Shown here: in pieces, positions 36,363-45,623 of the stretch
Layout: each line of letters starts with the position of its first letter
How positions within the stretch are numbered: the first letter of the stretch is position 1
Origin: Myxococcales bacterium
GTDB lineage: Bacteria > Myxococcota > Myxococcia > Myxococcales > 40CM-4-68-19
Length of the DNA stretch: 52,779 nt
NCBI GenBank assembly: GCA_035702105.1
Contig: DASSQZ010000148.1
Location: 1-52,779, forward strand
Direction of reading: 5' to 3'
Made by a program: the position numbers and the translations under genes
The notes under the pieces: model-generated
The model's database searches: none
What the model was told of the DNA's origin: nothing
What the model saw: only the letters and a program-made list of their open reading frames with translations

Positions 36363-36929
36363 TCATGGGCCCCGGAAGGCTCCCCACAGAGACGCCGCGG
36401 CGAACGCGAAGAAGAGCGCCGCGGCGCCGATGCGGATCCAGCGCATCTGTACCCGCTCGGCGAGCTTCTCGCCCAGGAACACCGCCAGCCCGTCGGAGGC
36501 GACCATGCCCAGCGTGGTCCCCATGGTCACGAGCACGACCGACTGGTAGCGCGCCGCGAGCGCGATGGTGGCGAGCTGCGTCTTGTCGGCCATCTCGGCG
36601 AGGAAGAAGAGGACGGTGGTGGTGAGGAACGGCCCGTACCGGTCCGCGCCGCCGCGCTCCTCGAGCGTATCGGGGCGCAGCGTCCAGAGGCCGAAGCCCG
36701 CGAAGGTGGCGGCCAGCGCCAGCGCCATGATGCGGCGGGGCACGTGCTCGGAGACGAGGCTGCCCAGGCTCGCGGCGAGCACGTGGTTGAGCACCGTGGC
36801 GGCGAGGATTCCCGCCATCACCACCCAGGGCCGGCGGTACCGGGTCGCGAGCGAGAAGGCGAGGAGCTGGGTCTTGTCGCCCATCTCGCTCACGGCGACG
36901 AGCACGAACGACGTCAGGATGGGTTCCAA
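36363..36929 (-). CDS. UPF0016/GDT1(TMEM165)-family cation transporter
   Basis: Two copies of the E-x-G-D-K-T motif (VSEMGDKTQLLA and LAEMADKTQLAT) sit in a duplicated 3+3 TM topology. Confidence 0.8.
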   Translation of the reverse strand: MEPILTSFVLVAVSEMGDKTQLLAFSLATRYRRPWVVMAGILAATVLNHVLAASLGSLVSEHVPRRIMALALAATFAGFGLWTLRPDTLEERGGADRYGPFLTTTVLFFLAEMADKTQLATIALAARYQSVVLVTMGTTLGMVASDGLAVFLGEKLAERVQMRWIRIGAAALFFAFAAASLWGAFRGP

Positions 36930-36983
36930 CCGTTCGCGCTCCGGGGCAGAGGCTGCCGGCGCACTCTACCCTGTCTCGACCGG

Positions 36984-37619
36984 CTACATCGGCGGGACCA
37001 CTCCGTTCTTGCCCACCGTCATCCGGTCGGCGCGCAGCGTGCCGTCGGCCTGCTTCGATGCGATCACGAAGACGTGCGCGCCGGGCTTCAGATCCGACTT
37101 GTCGCCCGGCTCGAGCTTCACGACTTTCGCGTTCGGCGGCACCATCACCGTCTTCTCGCCGTCCTTGTACTTGAGCGTGAGCTTGCCCCCCGACTTCTTC
37201 GAGACCGTCGCGTTGGTCATGGTGCTCTGCGACTTCCCGCCCGACTCCATGCCCGAAACCGTGGCGTTGGTCATGGTGCTGCCCGGCCGCAGGTCCCAGG
37301 GACGGTGGCCCTCGCCGGTCCCGCGCATCGAATCGGGAAAGACATGCACTTCGATGGCCCGAAGGGTACCGTCCTTCCCCGGCACGGCGGTCGTTCCGAT
37401 GAAGGTCCCGTCCTTGACGTCGGACATCGAGCCCTTCTCGGCGGTGGCGACCTTGGCGTCCTCGGGCAGGTTCAGCTTCACCATCTTGCCGTGCGACTTG
37501 ACCGTGAGCGTGTTGCCGTCGGCCTTGGTGATCTCACCCCGGACGTGCTCCGGTTGCGCCGGCTGCGCGGTGGCTGCGAAGGCGAGCAGGGTCGATGCGA
37601 CGAATGCCATCCGGATCAT
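36984..37619 (-). CDS. Secreted protein of unknown function with an internal 18-aa tandem duplication
   Basis: Signal peptide MIRMAFVASTLLAFAATAQP. A Lys/Gly-rich soluble protein. The STMTNATVS motif repeats 18 aa apart (DNA 37204-37226 and 37258-37280). Confidence 0.55.
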   Translation of the reverse strand: MIRMAFVASTLLAFAATAQPAQPEHVRGEITKADGNTLTVKSHGKMVKLNLPEDAKVATAEKGSMSDVKDGTFIGTTAVPGKDGTLRAIEVHVFPDSMRGTGEGHRPWDLRPGSTMTNATVSGMESGGKSQSTMTNATVSKKSGGKLTLKYKDGEKTVMVPPNAKVVKLEPGDKSDLKPGAHVFVIASKQADGTLRADRMTVGKNGVVPPM

Positions 37620-37733
37620 GCGAAAGACCTCCTTGATTGCAGCCGCAGGCTAACCATCCGGCCGGCGCGGAGCATCGCACAATGGGCGCGGCTGCAAGTC
37701 GAAAGCTGGCCCGCGCGTTGATAGGCTGACGCG

Positions 37734-38381
37734 ATGAGATCGCCGCGCGCCGAGCAGCCCCTCGCCGTCCGGATCACCCACTGGGCGAACGTCCTGCTGC
37801 TCGCCGTGATGGCGGCAAGCGGCCTGCAGATCCTGGCAGCCTTCCCCGAGATGGGAGCGAAGGGCGCTCCCGCCGGCTGGTACCCGCTGCAGGGCTGGAC
37901 ACCTCCCGAATGGATGCGCGCCGGCGACTGGCTGGCGGGCGCGCGCCACGTCCACTTCGGCCTCGCCTGGCTCTTCGTCCTCAACGCCCTCGTCTACCTG
38001 GCGTGGATGGCCCTGACCGGCGAATGGCGAAGGCGCGCGTTCCAGCCGCGGCGCGACGGGCGCAACGCGGTGCAGACCCTGGCCTGGTATTTCCGCGTGC
38101 GCAAGTCGGCGCCGGAGCAGGGGCTGTACAACGGCCTGCAGCGCCTGGCCTACACCTTCACCATCGTGCTCGGCGCGGCCGAGGTCCTCTCCGGGCTGGC
38201 GCTGTACAAGCCCGTCCAGCTTTCGCCCATCGCCGCGCTCTTCGGCGGCTACGAGGGCGCGCGCGCGTTCCACCTGCTCGGGCTCGCCGCGCTGCTCGCG
38301 TTCACGGTGGCGCACGTGGTGCTCGTCCTGCTTCATCCCCGGGCGCTCGCATCGATCTTCACGGGAGGGCGCCGCGCATGA
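37734..38381 (+). CDS. Cytochrome b561-family membrane protein (MsrQ/YedZ-like haem-binding subunit)
   Basis: 4-TM protein with conserved His residues in TM1, TM2 and TM4 (ITHWANVLLLAV, HVHFGLAWLFV, FHLLGLAALLAFTVAHVV). The stop overlaps the next gene's start (ATGA). Confidence 0.65.
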   Translation: MRSPRAEQPLAVRITHWANVLLLAVMAASGLQILAAFPEMGAKGAPAGWYPLQGWTPPEWMRAGDWLAGARHVHFGLAWLFVLNALVYLAWMALTGEWRRRAFQPRRDGRNAVQTLAWYFRVRKSAPEQGLYNGLQRLAYTFTIVLGAAEVLSGLALYKPVQLSPIAALFGGYEGARAFHLLGLAALLAFTVAHVVLVLLHPRALASIFTGGRRA

Positions 38382-39088
38382 CCCTGTCGAGACGGACCGT
38401 CCTCGGCTTCGCGCTCGTCCCTCTCGCCTGCGACTCGTCGAAGCCGCACCAGGGGTTCCTCGGCTTGACCGAGCGGCTCAACGACCGCGTCCAGCGCGGG
38501 CTCTTCCGCCCGGGGAAGCTCGCCCCGGAAGAGCCGGCCAGCGCGGTGACGGCCGAGGGTGAATTTCCCCTCTACAAGGTGGGCGACGACTATCCCGAAC
38601 CGCCCTCCGCGTGGAGCCTGCGCGTCCACGGGCTGGTCAAGAAGCCTCTGGTCGTCTCGCTCGCCGACCTGCGCCGCATGCCGGTGACGCAGTTCCGGGT
38701 GCGGCACCACTGCGTGGAGGGCTGGTCCGCGGTGGCCTCCTTCCACGGCGTGCGCGTCTCCGAGATCGCCCGCCTCTGCGGCGCCGACCCGCGCGCCCGC
38801 TTCGTGGAGTTCCGCAGCTTCGAGCGCGGCCAGCCCAGCGAGGATGCCGACCCGGTGCCCTACTACTCGTCCTGGGACCGCGAGAGCGCGGAGCACCCCC
38901 AGACCATCCTCGCCTGGGGCCGCAACGGCTCCTTGATGTCGCAGGAGGAGGGGGCGCCGCTGCGCCTCTATTCGGCGGTGAAGCTCGGCTACAAGATGGT
39001 GAAGTGGGTGGACGAGGTGGTCTTCCAGCCCGTCCGCACCGGCGGGTACTGGGAGGACCTGGGCTACGAATGGTTCGCGGGGGTGTGA
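38378..39088 (+). CDS. Molybdopterin-dependent oxidoreductase, sulfite-oxidase fold (MsrP/YedY-like)
   Basis: Tat-like N-terminus (MTLSRRTVLGFAL). The Moco-binding core includes HHCVEGWSAVASFHGVRVSEI and the C-terminal MVKWVDEVVF. Confidence 0.8.
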   Translation: MTLSRRTVLGFALVPLACDSSKPHQGFLGLTERLNDRVQRGLFRPGKLAPEEPASAVTAEGEFPLYKVGDDYPEPPSAWSLRVHGLVKKPLVVSLADLRRMPVTQFRVRHHCVEGWSAVASFHGVRVSEIARLCGADPRARFVEFRSFERGQPSEDADPVPYYSSWDRESAEHPQTILAWGRNGSLMSQEEGAPLRLYSAVKLGYKMVKWVDEVVFQPVRTGGYWEDLGYEWFAGV

Positions 39089-39160
39089 GGGCGTTGCGTC
39101 GCGGGCTGCGGCGTTGACGCCGGCCCCTCCGGCGACGCTAGACTCCGCCTCGGGTGACCG

Positions 39161-39691
39161 ATGGCGACGCTCAGGCGAACGAAGGGCGGGGTGGTGCCCC
39201 TCGCCGTGCTCGATGCGCTCGGGGACGGCGTGACCCTCGCGGACGAGCGAGGTCGCATCGTCTTCTCCAACGAGGCCGCCGACCGCATCCTCGGCATTCC
39301 CGCCACCGATTCGCGGCCGGAGGACTGGTCCGCCTACTACGGCGTCTTCATGCCCGACGGCAGCGGTCCCTTCCCCAGCGACCAGTACCCCCTGGTGCGC
39401 GCGCTTCGCGGCGAGGAGACCAGCGGCGTCGAGATGCTGATCCGGAACCCCTCGAATCCGGCGGGCGTGCGGATCACCGCGACGGGCTGCCCGATGCGGG
39501 ACGAGAACGGCCGCATCGCCGGCGCATCGGTGGTCTTCCGGCGCGTCGGCGGCGGGACCGCGTCGCTCGCGGCGCTCAGGGCGGAGCTCCAGTCGTTGCG
39601 CGACGAGCTCCAGCGCAGGGAAGGCGGGTCGGCCCTGGTGGACCGGCTCGACGCGGCCTTGCGGCTCTGCGAAGCGGAGAGCGGGCGCTGA
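39161..39691 (+). CDS. Stand-alone PAS-domain protein
   Basis: PAS fold motifs: LDALGDGVTLADERGRIVFSNEAADRILG ... RITATGCPMRDENGRIAGASVVFR. C-terminal coiled coil. No output domain. Confidence 0.65.
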   Translation: MATLRRTKGGVVPLAVLDALGDGVTLADERGRIVFSNEAADRILGIPATDSRPEDWSAYYGVFMPDGSGPFPSDQYPLVRALRGEETSGVEMLIRNPSNPAGVRITATGCPMRDENGRIAGASVVFRRVGGGTASLAALRAELQSLRDELQRREGGSALVDRLDAALRLCEAESGR

Positions 39692-39796
39692 CCCTTCTGC
39701 CTTCCGCGCGGCTGCCTGCCCCCGCCGTCGCTTGACAGCAGCCGTGGCGGGGTTTCTCTTCCCGGCGCTCGTCGCTCATTCCAACGGGAGGAAGTC

Positions 39797-40291
39797 ATGG
39801 CCAAGGCAAAGAGGTACATCCCCGAGGGTCTCTCGACGGTCACGGCGTCGGTGGTGGTGGATGGCGCCGCCAGGGCGATCGACTGGTACAAGAAGGTGTT
39901 CGGCGCGTCCGAGCGCGGCCGGCCCCACCTCGGGCCGGACGGCAAGGTGATGCACGGCGAGCTGCAGATCGGCTCGTCGGTGATCTTCATCAACGATGCG
40001 ATGGCGGGAGCCCCGAGCGTGGTCAGGGACGGCCGCAGCCTGGGAGGCTCGCCCGTGGCGCTGACCCTCTACGTCGAGGACTGCGACCCGATCTTCAAGA
40101 AGGCGACCGAGAACGGCTCCAAGGTGATGATGCCGATCGCCGACCAGTTCTGGGGCGATCGCTGGGGCAGCTTCACCGATCCGTTCGGGCTCAACTGGAG
40201 CGTGGCCACCCGCAAGGAGGACCTCACTCCGCAGGAGATGGAGACCCGCGCGCAGGCCTTCTTCAAGCAGATGGCGCAGCAGAGGAAGTAG
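39797..40291 (+). CDS. VOC/glyoxalase-family protein (PhnB-like)
   Basis: RBS GGGAGGAAG. YIPEGLSTVTASVVVDGAARAIDWYKKVFGA...HGELQIGSSVIFIND...FWGDRWGSFTDPFGLNWSV is the PhnB-like VOC pattern. Confidence 0.75.
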   Translation: MAKAKRYIPEGLSTVTASVVVDGAARAIDWYKKVFGASERGRPHLGPDGKVMHGELQIGSSVIFINDAMAGAPSVVRDGRSLGGSPVALTLYVEDCDPIFKKATENGSKVMMPIADQFWGDRWGSFTDPFGLNWSVATRKEDLTPQEMETRAQAFFKQMAQQRK

Positions 40292-40389
40292 ACAGCCGGC
40301 GCTGCGGGCTATACTTCCTTCGGCCCGGGTCGCAGGGGTGGAGCGCCCCGGGCAACCGGCCGTACGAGCGGCCGCTCGAGGCAGCTCGC

Positions 40390-42753
40390 ATGGCCCGATC
40401 CCTCACAGCGCGGGTCGCAACGTTCTCCTTCGGAGTCGAGCTCGCCTTCGCCTGCGCGATTCCGGTCGCGTACCTGCGGCTCTTCGACATCGAGGACGGC
40501 GGCGATCGGGCCATCGTCCTCGGCATGGTCGCGGCGCTCTACCTGGCGAGGACGGGCGCGCTGGCGGCGTACCTCGCACGGCTGCTCCGACCCATCGAGC
40601 GCTGGATGGGCGCCTCGCCGGAGGAGCGGCGTGACGCCGGGCTCACCGCGCGGGCGGCGGGGGCGGCCTACGATGTGCCGCTGGTGTTCTCGGTGGTCTG
40701 GGCCGTGACCTGGCTCCTGTTCTACCTGCCGGTCACGGCGTTGCTGCGCAGCCAGTTCGCCGAGCGCATCCCGCTCACCGGGCGCGCGCCGGCGGCCACC
40801 ATCCTCTTCGGGGTCGCCTGCTTCAGCGCTGCGCTGCCGCTGGCGTATTCGCTGCTGACACGGCTGCTCGGCCCCATCGCGGGGCGGCTGTCGCTGGCGG
40901 CGCGCGAGCTGGGAGTCGCGCTTCCCGGCCGTCGCGTCTCGCTGCGCATCCGGCTCGTCATCTTATCGCTCTCGCTGATCGCGGCGCCGACGGTCTGGTT
41001 GAGCCTGACCTCGTACATGTCGCAGGTCTGGACCCGCCAGCGCGACCTCGCCGCCCGAGCCGGGCAGCTTGCCGAGACGCTCGCGCAGAGCGCGCCAGGC
41101 TCGCAGGACGGGCCGTCCCGCGAGCTCGCCGCCCGCGCCCTCTCCACGCCGGTGGACGTGGTGGCGGTGGCCGGCGCCGACGGCAGCGTCCCTTCCGGCA
41201 GCGAAGCCGACCGCGAGCTCGCCGCCGCTCCCGGACTGCGCTTCCGTCTCGTCCGCGCGCTCTCGCGACGATCCGGCGAGGAGGTGTTCGATCCCAGCGC
41301 CGAGCGGGCAGCGAGCTATCGCGCGATCCCGGGAACCGGCACCCTGGCGCTGGCCATCTCGCGCGCCCCGCGCCGCGACCACCGCGGAGAGCTCGTCGAT
41401 CTCCTCTTCTTCGCCCTGGTGGCCGGTTCGTGGGCGCCGGTCTGCGCCGTCTTCCTCGCCGGATCGATCGCCGCGCCGCTGCAGCGCGTCCGCTCGGTCG
41501 TGTCGCAGATCGTCGGCCGCGACGAGGTGGATCGGGTGGACCGCATCCCCGTCTTCTACCGCGACGAGATCGGCGATCTCGCCCAGGGCGCCAACGAGAT
41601 GATCGATCGGCTGCGGGTCTCCTCGGAGAGCATCCGCCGCTACGCCGCGGATCGCGAGCAGCTCCTCGCCGCCGCCGCCCGCCACGCCGCCGAGCTCGAC
41701 GCGGTACTCGACAACATGGTGGAGGGCGTGTTCGCCTGCGACCGCAGCGGCGGCATGACGCTCACCAACGCAGCCGGGCGGCGGCTACTCGATCTCGTGC
41801 CCGCGGCCGGCGCGAAAGGACAGCCGGGGAAGGCCGCCCGCGCGCAGCCGCCGGACGGCCGCGTCTTCCGGCCCGCGGAGCTCCCGCTCGTGCGCGCGCT
41901 GTCCGGGGAGGTGATCGTCGAAGAGGACGAGGTGCTGGAGAATCCGGCGACGCACCGGCCCGTCTTCCTGCGCTCCAGCGCCGCCCCCATCCGCGACTCC
42001 AGGGGCGCCATCGCCGGCGCGGTGGTGGTGGCGCGCGACGTGACCGAGGTGGTGGATCTCGAGCGCCTCAAGGACCAGTTCATCCGGGTGGCGGCCCATG
42101 AGCTGAAGACGCCCGCCGCCATCCTCAAGGGATACGCGCTCACGCTCATGCGCACCGACGAGCGCCTCTCGCCGCCCTCGCGCAGGATGCTGGAGGCGAT
42201 CGATCGCGGAGCCGACCGCCTCAACCGCATCGTCGAGGACCTGGTCGACGTCTCGCAGGCGTTCCTCGACGTCCTGCAGCTCTCCCCCTCCCCGGTGGGC
42301 CTGCGCGAGCTGGTCCGCGAGACGGTGGCGGAGGTGCCGGTGACGGATCTCCACCGCATCGTGGTCCGCGACCGCGAGGGGCCGCTGACGGTGTCCGCGG
42401 ACCCGGCCCGCACCCGCCAGGCCCTCCGCATCCTCCTCGACAACGCCATCAAGTACTCGCCCGCCGGCGGCACCATCGAGGTGGCCGTGGACGCGGACAG
42501 CGAACGGGTGCGGGTGTCGGTCCGGGATTGCGGTGTCGGGATTCCGACGCAAGGACAGGACCACATCTTCCGTTTGTTCTACCGCGCCCACACCGATACT
42601 CCGCACGACTATGGAGGAATGGGGATCGGACTCTACATGGCCAGGGAGATCATCAAGCGGCAGGGCGGCAGGATCTGGTTCGAGAGCCGCGAGGGAGAAG
42701 GCAGCACGTTCTTCTTCACCCTTCCGCTCGCGCGGCAGGTCGCCGCTTCGTGA
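40390..42753 (+). CDS. Sensor histidine kinase (TM sensor region, HAMP, PAS, HisKA, HATPase_c)
   Basis: HAMP-like segment around IPVFYRDEIGDLAQGANEMIDRL. PAS segment (DNMVEGVFACDRSGGMTLTNAAGRRLL). H-box AAHELKTPAA. G-boxes GGMGIGLYMAREIIKRQGGRIWFESREGEGSTFFFTLP. Confidence 0.85.
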   Translation: MARSLTARVATFSFGVELAFACAIPVAYLRLFDIEDGGDRAIVLGMVAALYLARTGALAAYLARLLRPIERWMGASPEERRDAGLTARAAGAAYDVPLVFSVVWAVTWLLFYLPVTALLRSQFAERIPLTGRAPAATILFGVACFSAALPLAYSLLTRLLGPIAGRLSLAARELGVALPGRRVSLRIRLVILSLSLIAAPTVWLSLTSYMSQVWTRQRDLAARAGQLAETLAQSAPGSQDGPSRELAARALSTPVDVVAVAGADGSVPSGSEADRELAAAPGLRFRLVRALSRRSGEEVFDPSAERAASYRAIPGTGTLALAISRAPRRDHRGELVDLLFFALVAGSWAPVCAVFLAGSIAAPLQRVRSVVSQIVGRDEVDRVDRIPVFYRDEIGDLAQGANEMIDRLRVSSESIRRYAADREQLLAAAARHAAELDAVLDNMVEGVFACDRSGGMTLTNAAGRRLLDLVPAAGAKGQPGKAARAQPPDGRVFRPAELPLVRALSGEVIVEEDEVLENPATHRPVFLRSSAAPIRDSRGAIAGAVVVARDVTEVVDLERLKDQFIRVAAHELKTPAAILKGYALTLMRTDERLSPPSRRMLEAIDRGADRLNRIVEDLVDVSQAFLDVLQLSPSPVGLRELVRETVAEVPVTDLHRIVVRDREGPLTVSADPARTRQALRILLDNAIKYSPAGGTIEVAVDADSERVRVSVRDCGVGIPTQGQDHIFRLFYRAHTDTPHDYGGMGIGLYMAREIIKRQGGRIWFESREGEGSTFFFTLPLARQVAAS

Positions 42754-43148
42754 GGACGGGCACGGCCAGGGTCCTGGTGGTGGAGGACGATCCCGATCTC
42801 GCCGCGCTCGAGGCGGAGGTGCTGAAGCTGCGCGGCCACGAGGTGGACGTGGCGAGCAACGGGCGCGAGGCGCTCGAGGCGGTGGATCGCGCGCGCCCCG
42901 ACCTCATCCTCCTCGACATGAAGATGCCGGTGATGAACGGGCGGGAGTTCGCCGACGAGTACCGCCGCCGCGAGCCGTCCACGGCGCCCATCGTGGTGGT
43001 GACCGCGGCAGACGACGCCCAGCGAAGGGCAGCGGAGGTGGGCGCGAGCGGCTGGATCGCCAAGCCCTTCGATCCGGATGCGCTGGTCGATCAGGTGGCG
43101 AGGCTCCTGATGGACCCGTCCGACCCGGACGTCAACCCGCGCGGGTGA
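42750..43148 (+). CDS. Single-domain response regulator (CheY-like receiver)
   Basis: The GTG overlaps the kinase stop (GTGA). Receiver motifs VLVVEDDPDL, the phospho-acceptor LILLDMKMPVMNG, and IVVVTA...GASGWIAKPFD. Confidence 0.8.
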   Translation: MRTGTARVLVVEDDPDLAALEAEVLKLRGHEVDVASNGREALEAVDRARPDLILLDMKMPVMNGREFADEYRRREPSTAPIVVVTAADDAQRRAAEVGASGWIAKPFDPDALVDQVARLLMDPSDPDVNPRG

Positions 43149-43977
43149 CCGCGGCGCCGGCAGGCTCGGCCCTGGACCGGACCTCGCGCCAGTACTCCCC
43201 GGCGAAGAGCTGGAAGTCGAAGTCCACCGCCCGGTAGAGATGGAGGATGCGGGCGTAGCGCGAGCGGCACTCGCGGCGCATCCGCTCGAGCGACGGGTGG
43301 AGATCGCCGCAGGCGTCGAAGCGCGCCGCGCCGCGCTCCAGCCCTGGCAGATACTCCCCGATCCAGTGGCGCATCAGCTTCCGCCAGCCGGGTGCCGCTC
43401 GCCAGCCGTCGCCCGTCACCTGCTCGCGGCGCAGGCCCGCGCGGGCGAGGGCGTCTTCGGGGAAGTAGCAGATGCCGTGCGCCGCATCCTCCGCGAGGTC
43501 GCGCAGGTTGTTGAAGAACTGATCGAGCGCGCCGAACCCGCGGATGGCCTCGCGCTGGCGCGGAAGCAGGAACGGGAAGAGCTGGAAGAGCGAACCCGAG
43601 AGGCGCTCGAGCATGGTGCGGTGGTCCGCCAGGGTCGCGACGCGCAGGTCGCGCCGCTGGTAGGCGCGCAGCGCGGCGAGGTAGCGGGCCCAGGCCGCCC
43701 GTACCGCCGCGGCGCCTTCGTCGTCCTGCGCGCCGAGGATCTCGAGGGCAGGCAGGCCGTGACCCGCGGACCGGAGGGAACGCGGGCGCAGCTCCTTCTC
43801 CTCCGACAGCCGGTCGGCGAGCCGGATGGCGCGGATGCGCTCCACCCATCGCCGCCCGACCGGCCCGGGGAGGTCCGCCACCCAGGCGGCGTTGTCGAAA
43901 TCCTTGAGGGCATCGTCGCCGAGAGATGCGTGCGTGGAGGATGCGAAGTTCGAGGCTGCCCAGGCTGCTCCCGTCAT
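43132..43977 (-). CDS. Squalene/phytoene-synthase family protein (trans-isoprenyl diphosphate synthase head-to-head fold)
   Basis: AHGICYFPEDALARAGLRREQV matches the SQS/PSY signature (RxYLP.E.L...GL..E). An upstream Asp-rich segment LRDLAEDAAHG is also present. The 3' end overlaps the convergent receiver gene by 17 nt. Confidence 0.55.
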   Translation of the reverse strand: MTGAAWAASNFASSTHASLGDDALKDFDNAAWVADLPGPVGRRWVERIRAIRLADRLSEEKELRPRSLRSAGHGLPALEILGAQDDEGAAAVRAAWARYLAALRAYQRRDLRVATLADHRTMLERLSGSLFQLFPFLLPRQREAIRGFGALDQFFNNLRDLAEDAAHGICYFPEDALARAGLRREQVTGDGWRAAPGWRKLMRHWIGEYLPGLERGAARFDACGDLHPSLERMRRECRSRYARILHLYRAVDFDFQLFAGEYWREVRSRAEPAGAAVTRAG

Positions 43978-44134
43978 GAATGGGACAACCGGCGTGAGCC
44001 TGGCCGCATTGCAGGCTGACAGGGACGTTCCTGCGCCTACATCGGCCGCCCGGGCGTGTTCCCTTGTGCTCGGCGGGCGGACGTCGTCCCACCCCGGTTC
44101 GGCGCCGCCTCGCCGCGGTGAGCACCATGTCCTC

Positions 44135-44605
44135 GTGCCGGCTCCGCGCCCGACCGGGTTGAAGGCGATCGTCGCCTACAAGTTCGCCAAGGCGCCGGCC
44201 ATGCTTGCGCTCGCGGTTGCGCTGACCTTCGTTCCCGTCCGCTCGGTCGGCCTGGCGCGCCGCCTCTCGGTGGAGCTTTCCGAGATGGGCTCGCTCGGCT
44301 GGCGGCTCGCCCACTGGCTCGAGCCCCACCTGACCCTGGGCGCGGAGCACAAGGCTGCCGCGCTCGCCTGGCTCGACGGCGCCTCGACGCTGGTGGAGGG
44401 CCTGCTCCTGCTCTCCGGCAGCGCGTGGGGGGAATGGATCGTCGTCTGCGGGCTCGGGCTGCTCCTGCCGGTCGAGCTCGTCGCTCTCCTGCGCCATCCG
44501 CGGGCCGTCAGGGCGCTGGTCCTGCTCGTCAACGCCGCGGTGGTGGCGTACCTGGTCCGCCTCCGGCTGCACGACGCCGCCCGGCGCGCGCACCGCGCCG
44601 CCTGA
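44135..44605 (+). CDS. DUF2127-like small membrane protein
   Basis: GLKAIVAYKFAKAPAMLALAVALTFV... followed by 3 more TM segments. The start is uncertain (GTG at 44135 or ATG at 44201). Confidence 0.45.
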   Translation: MPAPRPTGLKAIVAYKFAKAPAMLALAVALTFVPVRSVGLARRLSVELSEMGSLGWRLAHWLEPHLTLGAEHKAAALAWLDGASTLVEGLLLLSGSAWGEWIVVCGLGLLLPVELVALLRHPRAVRALVLLVNAAVVAYLVRLRLHDAARRAHRAA

Positions 44606-44706
44606 GCGCTGTTTGCCGCGGCCAGGTCGCGTCGAATTCGTTTGCACGCCAAGGAAAATCAGGCGAAGGTCCTACTCCGCCCGCCGGAAGGCGAGATGAG
44701 GAGTGG

Positions 44707-45084
44707 ATGTCCGAACTGCCTGACGACGTGACCCGCTTCATCGCGGAGCACGTCGACAACCTCGAGCAACTCGAGATCCTGCTGCTGCTGCGGGCGCAGC
44801 TTTCGCGCGAGCTCGACGCGCGCGAGGTCACCGCCGAGCTGCGCCTCGGGCCTTCCTCGGCCTCCGAGCGCCTCGCCGACATGGAGGCGCGGGGGTTCCT
44901 CGCGGCGCAGGGCGATCCGCCGCGGTACCGGTATTCTCCGGACACGGCGGAGAAGGCGCGGCTGATCGACGAGCTCGCCCGCTGCTACGCGGAGCGGCGT
45001 GTCTCGGTCATCACACGGATCTTCTCGCCCCGGAGCGACGCCGTGCGCAGCTTTGCCGATGCCTTCAAATTGAGGCGGTCATGA
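44707..45084 (+). CDS. Small putative winged-helix regulator (125 aa)
   Basis: RBS GAGGAG. A helical N-terminus (FIAEHVDNLEQLEILLLLRAQLSRELDAREVTAELRL..SASERLADMEARGFL) resembles MarR/PadR-type wHTH proteins. First of four tightly spaced same-strand genes (the three downstream genes start 4 nt or less from the preceding stop). Confidence 0.5.
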   Translation: MSELPDDVTRFIAEHVDNLEQLEILLLLRAQLSRELDAREVTAELRLGPSSASERLADMEARGFLAAQGDPPRYRYSPDTAEKARLIDELARCYAERRVSVITRIFSPRSDAVRSFADAFKLRRS

Positions 45085-45344
45085 TCGCGGCGTCCGCCGT
45101 CTATGTCCTCTCCGTGCTGGTGGGCGTGACCTGCACGGTCCTGCTGGTCAGGGCGCACGCCCGCTCTCCCTCGCGCCTGCTGCTTTCCGCGGCGCTCTGC
45201 TTCGCCGGCCTGGCCCTGAACGACCTGGGCCTGATCGTCGACGTCTTCGTCCTGCCCGACGTCAGCATCGTCGCCGTCCGCTCGCTGCCCGCGGTCATCG
45301 GCCTCGCGGTGCTGGTTCGCGCGCTGGTGAAGGAGGGCGGATGA
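45081..45344 (+). CDS. Small membrane protein (87 aa, 2-3 TM)
   Basis: ATGA overlap with the upstream gene. Hydrophobic sequence: VYVLSVLVGVTCTVLLV...LLLSAALCFAGLALNDLGLIVDVFVL. Confidence 0.5.
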   Translation: MIAASAVYVLSVLVGVTCTVLLVRAHARSPSRLLLSAALCFAGLALNDLGLIVDVFVLPDVSIVAVRSLPAVIGLAVLVRALVKEGG

Positions 45345-45622
45345 GCTCGCTTGCGCTGGCGAACTTCTCCTACGGCGTCATCGCCGCGCTCTGCTGGGTG
45401 GTGGGCCTCTACTTCCTCGGCTTCTGGAGGAAGACGCGGGATCGCTTCTTCGGCTACTTCGCCGCCGCCTTCTGGCTGCTCGGCCTGGGCCGGCTGGCCA
45501 TGGCCGCGCTCGGCGAGACCAGCGAGGCGCGCCGCTTCATCTACCTGCTGCGGCTGGTGGCCTACGCCGTCTTCCTCGTCGCCATCGTCGACAAGAACCG
45601 CACCGACGCCAGGGGCGGCTGA
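45341..45622 (+). CDS. Small membrane protein (93 aa, 3 TM)
   Basis: ATGA overlap. YGVIAALCWVVGLYFLGFW...FGYFAAAFWLLGLGRLAMAAL...LVAYAVFLVAIV. Confidence 0.5.
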   Translation: MSSLALANFSYGVIAALCWVVGLYFLGFWRKTRDRFFGYFAAAFWLLGLGRLAMAALGETSEARRFIYLLRLVAYAVFLVAIVDKNRTDARGG

Positions 45623-45623
45623 A

